Below are positions 57,160 through 64,000 of a stretch of 64,000 bases of DNA, piece by piece. The stretch covers positions 38,936,001 through 39,000,000 of the forward strand of contig OZ024745.1 of NCBI GenBank assembly GCA_964016885.1, written 5' to 3'. The notes under the pieces are model-generated. The model searched no databases. It was given only the letters and a program-made list of their open reading frames with translations, and had not been told where the DNA came from. A program made the position numbers and the translations under genes. How positions within the stretch are numbered: position 1 is the stretch's first letter; the number at the start of each line of letters is the position of its first letter. The stretch is from Eledone cirrhosa. Taxonomy: Eukaryota.

Positions 57160-59150
57160 AGGTTACCCCCCCGTAATATGTCTGCTGTCGTCTGACAACG
57201 GCAAATAAGTTGAGAGGCTGGGTTACAAACATTTTTACAACAGACACCACCACAATCAACGTGAACACTGAGAAGACTGATTTCGAAAAAATTACCACAA
57301 CAACTACAACAATAACAGCATCAACCATAATACAGTCAACAGAAAAAAATGACAAATGCAAGAAAATAAACAACGACAACACCAACAGCAACAATACAAA
57401 TTGCACCGAAAACAACAACAACGGTGGCACGAAAACACAACCTACTACAACAGTGATAACAGCAACAACACCAATAACACCGTTCGTAGCAGTAGCACCA
57501 GCAACAACACCAACAATAAGACCAGTAGCGGCAGCAATAATGGTGCCACTGAAAAAGGGCCACTGCTTTCGCGCGAGTGGCCCGAAATATAGAAAGAGTG
57601 CTAGTCACTGAGGAGGAGATGGCAGTCGCAAGAGTCATGGTGTCGATAAACAACCACTGAGTTTCCCTGACACCTCCACCCGATTTCTTCTAAGACCAGC
57701 AACTGCGCACGGTGAATTACCGCACCGTAAACAAAATGTCCCATCGGGTGGAGAGAGCCACGGAGGCTCAAATCCCAAAGCCCTTGGGGTGCGTCTGAGC
57801 GCACAAAACACACATCATCCGAAGCAAAAAGTACGGCACAATAGACGTACTTTTCGCCAACCCCCAAGTGGCGAAGTCCCCCACTTTGGAAACCCTAAAG
57901 TGGAATCGACGAGAAAACCACCATACTACAAATATAGAGAATGGGAAGAGAGAACTGGTCAGGAATAGGCATGCAAATACTAATACTGACTGACCGGAAA
58001 GGCATCGAGGCCATCCCAGACCTCATAGACCTCAAAGAAGGTCTCCATCTCACTATAAGCGTTGAAGGCGCCCAAAGTTCTATCTCTGTGGGCAGAAGGG
58101 TCACCTCAGGGCCTTCTGCCCGCAGAAGACATCCAAGAAAATCCACCTCCTCCTCCTTCTGACTCCTGATACGCTGCTACCATGAGCAGGGCAGACAACA
58201 GAGGCAGAAGACCCTTCCATGGTGAGTAGGATGGCAACGTCCGTGGCACCCAAACCAAGGCCACGGACAACTAAAGCAGCGGAAGAAGTGGCGGCAACAC
58301 CAACAGTCGCAGTAGCTACGCTGGCGCTAAAATCGCCAGAGCGGTCTCGACTACCACTACCAACAGCAGTGGAGCTCATGCCTGGCAGTGCTACCGAAGA
58401 GCTCTGCCAGTTCGGGATAAACTCTACAGGTATGGAGGTGCCGTCAGCCGGGCATGTCCGAGATGCGCGCCGGGCAACGAACCCGTCCTTCACGCACTCG
58501 TCCAGTGTCCGAGCATTGCTGACTTGTGGGTGTATGTCGAACACCTGCTGTCACGTGTAGGACGGATCCAGCTATCAGCTGAGTTCATCGTGAGGATTGC
58601 TCCGCCCTCTTCCTTAAGCCGGGAAGGGCATGCAGATTTTATCTGTTTGGTGGCCATTGCGAAAGAGATAGTATGATGGACACGTTTGAAAGGGCTGAAG
58701 ACGAGCACTTACCTCTTCGGTGATGCCCTGATTAACTTTTTCAAATTTCATTTGAAAAGGAAAATCAGGGTAGAGAGGGAAGAGCTCTCTTCCCAGCATT
58801 TTGTTGAAAGATGGGTGAGAGAAGCAAGTATGGCCCGAGTGAATGGGCCTACTCTGAGTATGTGTCTGTAAATTCAAGGTGGAAAACTGGGAGAGGGCAC
58901 TTGCCCTGGTGGTCAGGGTCACTTTGGCCTTTTAATGGGCTTTCTCCACAAAAGTCTCTCGGAAGTCTCCCCCCTATTGGGGAATTGTTCATTGTTATTT
59001 TTATTACATCCTCTATTTTTTTACACGCAGAAGTGCCCATTTGTACCGTCCTGTATGTCCTGTACTGTCCTCAATGTCTACTTTATGTAAACCCTTGTGG
59101 TTAATAAAGAAAGCATTATGATTATTATTAATATTATTAGTATTATTATT
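57160..59150 (+). mobile_element. L1/Tx1-like LINE, internally deleted (ORF1 joined to ORF2 C-terminus)
   Basis: ORF1-type IPDLIDL..ISVEG then knuckle (F)YLCGQKGHLRAFCP at 58078-58122. From about 58375: WQCYRRALPVRDKL, CPRCAPGNEPVLHALVQC (58455-58508), VAIAKEIV*WTR, i.e. the Tx1 ORF2 C-terminus. AATAAA and (ATT)n tail at 59103-59150. No endonuclease or RT between them. Confidence 0.8.
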
Positions 59151-61051
59151 TAACGGCAAAATTCAAATATACTGTAAGCATCAAAAGATTAATAGAGTAA
59201 AAGAAACCTAAAATGAGACAGAAAATCTAAAGCAAATGTAGTTGCGAACAGAGGAAACTTTTTCCTAAGTAGAACACAGTATTAAAAAAAAATTTACATT
59301 TGCTAACTTACATTATTGGAAAATGATAAAAAAATATAGCAAGACATATTCGTTATAAATGGAATGAACGTTTAATGTATTTTTTAGCTTCGTTACATCC
59401 ATATCTGTATAACACTGGTGACTTTTTAAGCCACTGAATTGTCAATTAATGACTGCTCAATTAATAAGGGAACTCTCGCTTCTAAATTGAGAATTAAACG
59501 AGGGTGACATTTTCTTCAAAAGCATCATACTGTATATTTTCTTTACTTTTCATCTTAATTTAAAAAAGCTATAAAACTATAATGTAATTAGTAATTCAAT
59601 ACAGCAAGAAGACAAAATATAGAATCTAAATGGTAAAATAATAACTTTTGATGGAAATTCATTAGAAATGAAGAAAATATGGGATTCGCTTCGCCTAAGG
59701 AAACATCTAGTAAAGAGCAGACAGTATAGACGAAAAGTAGTAATATCGATTTTCGATACACCACCTAATATTGAAGTCTAAAATCCAGGAGGTTGTTGTA
59801 TGATATTATCTGTTTGGGTGTATAAGACGTTGCTCTGTTCAAAATATGTGAGTTGTACACAGGAGAAATGTGAAAGCTACATGTTCTGGGTCATTTGAGG
59901 TGGAACATATTTAGCTTCCCACATTGGGACAGATAATTGTGGTGAATTATTGTTACAATTATTTAATAGCAGGGGAATATCTAACTGACTTTCTACATTC
60001 TTCCAGTTTCGCATAAATTGTACATGTATATCATGTAAGTACGAAACAACGGCCAGTCAATTTAAAATTCACGGATATGTTCTCGTTTGAGAGAGATCGG
60101 TAGTCATATTTTCATCAAATTCCTCAAGCTCTAGATATGCTCTCCCACAACATTTTTTATTTTCTCTTTCTTCGTATGCTTAACTTATAAGTTTTGTAAT
60201 CATACTATTTTGTGCGCCATACGAAGGGAAGGCAATCCATATAACCTTGACAATTATCATCTTATGATAGCTATTTCTAACATAGTAAACGTTATAGAAA
60301 CGCTTCTTACTTCAATCATACTCATTACGGTTATCGAAAAATATCTACTGAAAGCTTGTTTTAATTGTTCTTTCAAAAGTGAACACACACTATCATAAAC
60401 TTTGGGGAACACAGAGCTGAGCATCTATGGGCTTGAAATACACCAAGACGCCTGAAATGGGGAATACTTGCCTCTTCACACCATTGTTGCGTGTTATTAC
60501 AAGACCCTCTCTGATGCACAGTCTATAGCATCAACGGTGCCTTTAAGATAGGTCTCTCTCTAAAACACTTACCGGCATACAACCACAGACTTCTAGCTGT
60601 CACTTCTAATAATGCTAACTCTAACACAAATGGTAGCAATATTCATTGTTGTCTCGGTTTCACTAAAAACGTAACATTAACACACAACCATGCGCACGCA
60701 CTCGAATATTGCATAGAGTATATACACATAGAATTAGAATATCACTTCCAATAGTGTCTTGGCAAACGCAGCCTCTTTAACAGCGCAAAAGGGTATTCTC
60801 AGTATATATCTGGAAAATGGAGTCGTATGTCAGTCCTCGGGACATACAGAACATGTATCTGCCAATGATAGTAACATAATATCCAAGGAAGTCACCGGGT
60901 GAATATTTAGTACATTCTCAATATTCAAAAGAATGCCTTATTCTGCGGTATCTGGAAAAATAGCCAGCCTATTTCCCAGAATAGCACATATGTTTCGAAG
61001 CCTTGGCTTTAATCAGAATGGATTATAGTTTCCACAACTGCAAAGCTACAA

Positions 61052-61052
61052 T

Positions 61053-61114
<62 letters not shown>

Positions 61115-61115
61115 T

Positions 61116-61173
<58 letters not shown>

Positions 61174-61205
61174 GCTGCTGCTGTTGCTGCTGCGGCTGTT
61201 GCTGC
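61052..61205 (+). repeat. (TAC)n/(TGC)n microsatellite
   Basis: About 40 TAC units followed by TGC units. Confidence 0.97.
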
Positions 61206-61847
61206 TACACACACGCATACAAATATTCTAGACCGAATTAAATATAACCAAATCAATGATTAAAAATTCATTATAATAAAATCCCTCATTCAGAGTAATT
61301 TTTGCAAACCAATAACCTAAACTTCCATGATTTCCGTTCCTTGGAGCTCTAATCACACTCTGACATAACCTTCCAACTACCATTTTAATCTTTGCACTTA
61401 CCATTACGTGCTAGCTTTCACACACAGAGTATCGTTTCTCGGGACTACACTGGTTATTAAAGTGGTTGTTGTTTCATGAGGAATATTTATATCTTATATT
61501 TCATTTGTCTAGGTAGTCGTATTAAGCAGAAATATAGATTTTCTAGAGTACCATTTGTAAATGTATTTTATTGATATATGTTTATCTAATATACTACGAC
61601 CGAAGCAGTTATTCGTATACCACATCGAAATTATGAAAAGTAGAATTTTATCCGAGTTTTAAGTCGCGTCATTTATTTTGCGTTACAGAAAATCATGTTA
61701 CAAATACATTTTTCGTCATGCTTTACGAAATATAAATATGCTATATATGTAGGTAGTCTATATTTCTATTTTGATGTAAAACTATAATAGAGATTGTGGC
61801 ATTTTAACGTTACGATCCTTTAGAAATCGTATCCAATAACATTATCC

Positions 61848-61990
61848 AGCATAGTTACGTCCCTTTGCGGTCTGAGTTCAAATCCCACCGAGGTTAACTT
61901 TGCCTTTCATCCTTACGGGGTCGATAAAATAAAGTACCAGTAATGCACTGGGTAATTGATGGCCTTGTGCCAAAAGTAGAAACAATTATT
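61848..61990 (+). mobile_element. tRNA-derived SINE, 5'-truncated
   Basis: CTGAGTTCAAATCCCACCGAGGTTAACTTTGCCTTTCATCCTTACGGGGTCGATAAAATAAAGTACCAG..GTGCCAAAAGTAGAAAC. Confidence 0.9.
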
Positions 61991-62506
61991 TACAATATTA
62001 GAGTTACCATATTTTGTCAGAGCGCAACAGCATACCCCTTAAAATGCAACATATCAAGTTGGATAGTAAAGCATAATGTTATTTTCAATGTAAGCAATGC
62101 GAAGTTGTATTAACTGCGACATGCAAGAATAGATACTGGATCTAGTAATCATAAAATAAAACGAAGCAAGCTTAACTATGAAATAATACCCGAATGTATG
62201 TGATTTCTTTTATATTTCCATGGTTAAAAAAACTGCTATAGGGATGAAATATAAGGGAAGTCGATAAGATATTGGATTATTATATGCTATACTCAGTGAG
62301 TACAAATCTGCTTCAAGCGCCATGGTGTGTTTATATAATATATTCTCCATTGCCTCAATACATTTATTTTTCGAGAATTCATATCAGATTTTCTGAGAAT
62401 ACTAACATCACTCTATTGATCATGCTGAATGCATTATTATTGTTACAGCGAATATATGCTTAGAAGAAGCCTAGAACTTAAGCACATAAGTAGCTCAACA
62501 TAGAAG

Positions 62507-62557
<51 letters not shown>

Positions 62558-62684
62558 AAAGTTCTATTTAAAATTGTTGGGATACAACAAGTAAATATTT
62601 TATAACTGATATAAAGCACTCGACAAGTTTTTGGAGTAGATATACAATATTAATAAATGGAAACTATATTTATAAAACCATATT

Positions 62685-62749
62685 TATTTCATTATACATA
62701 TTTCAGGGATACCAAATTAAAATATGGTATGCCTTCATCAGACAAAATA
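62685..62749 (-). ncRNA. Type I hammerhead ribozyme
   Basis: Same family as 30041-30105. Differences are confined to loop II (TATTTTAATT versus TAACTTAATT); stems and core are identical. Confidence 0.82.
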
Positions 62750-62865
62750 CAATATATAAACAGTTTTATAAATAATTTTGACATACCCTATTAAATGCAA
62801 CCATTATTTTTGGAAGCTGTCTGGATAGTGAAATGTTTATATTATTTTATTAGTTATAGTGTTAA

Positions 62866-64000
62866 GCACAATTAGAAAAAGACGGAGAGAAAGAAAGAAA
62901 AAAAGTAAGTAAAGACGAACTGGAAAAAATGAATACAGAGGCATTTTGTATAATGCATGAATTAGACATTGAGAATAAAACACAACCCTTCATGCCTAGG
63001 AAACCTAAGATCAATATGAAAGATCACAAAAGAAACTTTGAAAATGATTTGCCAGTCAGATTGATTGCACCATCTAAATCTGACCTGGGAAAACTTAGCA
63101 AAAACATTCTAGACAGGGTAATACAACAAATTAAAAACTTACCTAATTTACCTTACTTAAAGTTATGGAAGGGGACTGGTGAGGTTATTGAGTGGTTTAA
63201 AGAAATGAAATATAACTATAATAATAAGTTTATTCAGCTGGATATTGCTAACTACTATTCATATATCACTCCTTATCTACTGAATAAGGCACTAAATTAC
63301 GCATTTAAACATACTCACCTAACTAGCAATGAAATGTACATTATATTATCGGCAAGGAAAACATTGATAGAATTTAATAACCAATTCTGGACTAGGGCAG
63401 ATAGAGATAATAATTTCGACATAACTATGGGATCATCAGACTCAGCTGAGGTAACGGACCTTGTGGGCCTATTTATAATTAATTCGCTACATAGAAAAAT
63501 ACCAGGTGTAACCGGAAGATTATATCGTGATGACATGCTTTTACTTATTGAAAATAATAGCTGTGAACTAAATAGAAAAAGAAAACAAATTATACAATTT
63601 TTTAATTACCTTAATCTAAAAATAGAAATAGAGAATAACCATAGAATAGTCAATTTTCTGGATGTAACACTAAATCTCAACACATGTCTTCATTATCCAT
63701 TTCACAAACTAAATGAGAACTTGAATTATGTCAATTTTAACACTAATCACCCCAGATCTGTTAAAAATACTATAGTGAACTCTGTTCAAGAACGAATTTC
63801 AAGTATTTCATCTAACATAAATGTTTTTGATGAAAAAGCGCAGTATTACAATGAAGCGTTAGGTAGAGCAGGATATAGAGATAAAATTAAATACATCGAT
63901 AATAATAATAAGCAAACTAACCAAAATAATAACAATTTCAATTACGGTAACAACTTTAACAATTATAATAGAAAACATTACAATAATTCCAAAAGCCGAA
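62866..64000 (+). CDS. PLE reverse transcriptase, uninterrupted partial ORF (first ATG 62929, no stop before window end)
   Basis: Manual translation: MNTEAF..KDHKRNFENDLPVRLIAPSKSDLGKLSK..KFIQLDIANYYS..FDITMGSSDSAEVTDLVGL..RLYRDDML..NFLDVTLNL..PFHKLNENLNYVNFNTNHP..RISSISSN..YYNEALGRAGY. Confidence 0.9.

Larger units (their letters stand above)
62556..64000 (+). mobile_element. Penelope-like retroelement (Hydra-like) with inverted 5' pseudo-LTR; runs off the window
   Basis: (TA)n, then a minus-oriented pLTR with HHR (62556 to about 62860), then a plus-strand RT ORF. Confidence 0.92.

Noticed and set aside
59700-60400. Possible ancient PLE remnant (RLYGLP on the minus strand at about 60223-60242)
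   Set aside because: A single short motif is insufficient to annotate.
61003-61263. Poly-Thr / poly-Ser / poly-Val ORFs, and poly-Arg at 48232
   Set aside because: Trinucleotide microsatellite translations.

Overview
AT-rich eukaryotic (animal) genomic DNA with very long (TA)n/(CA)n microsatellites, almost entirely repeat-derived. The repeat style suggests an octopus-like cephalopod (inference only). The one host coding sequence I can support is a 137-nt minus-strand exon of a carbonic-anhydrase-related (CA10-like) gene at 18585-18721, so much of the window may be intronic. Retroelements present: Penelope-like elements (PLEs) of at least three lineages (Hydra-like, Naiad-like, Neptune-like), mostly next to (TA)n; two long R4/Dong LINEs plus a fragment; L1/Tx1 and RNase-H LINE remnants; about nine copies of a tRNA-derived SINE. 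One PLE RT ORF (62866 to the window end) is uninterrupted and absent from the ORF track. The main hidden layer is about 17 type-I hammerhead ribozyme (HHR) motifs from about 8 sequence families, found by manual folding, in PLE termini and non-coding repeat units. The most striking is a 558-bp HHR repeat forming a head-to-head palindromic array with five ribozymes (27243-29760), a retrozyme-like system. It shares a short terminal-extension motif with the PLE termini. All structures are manual predictions; no searches were run.
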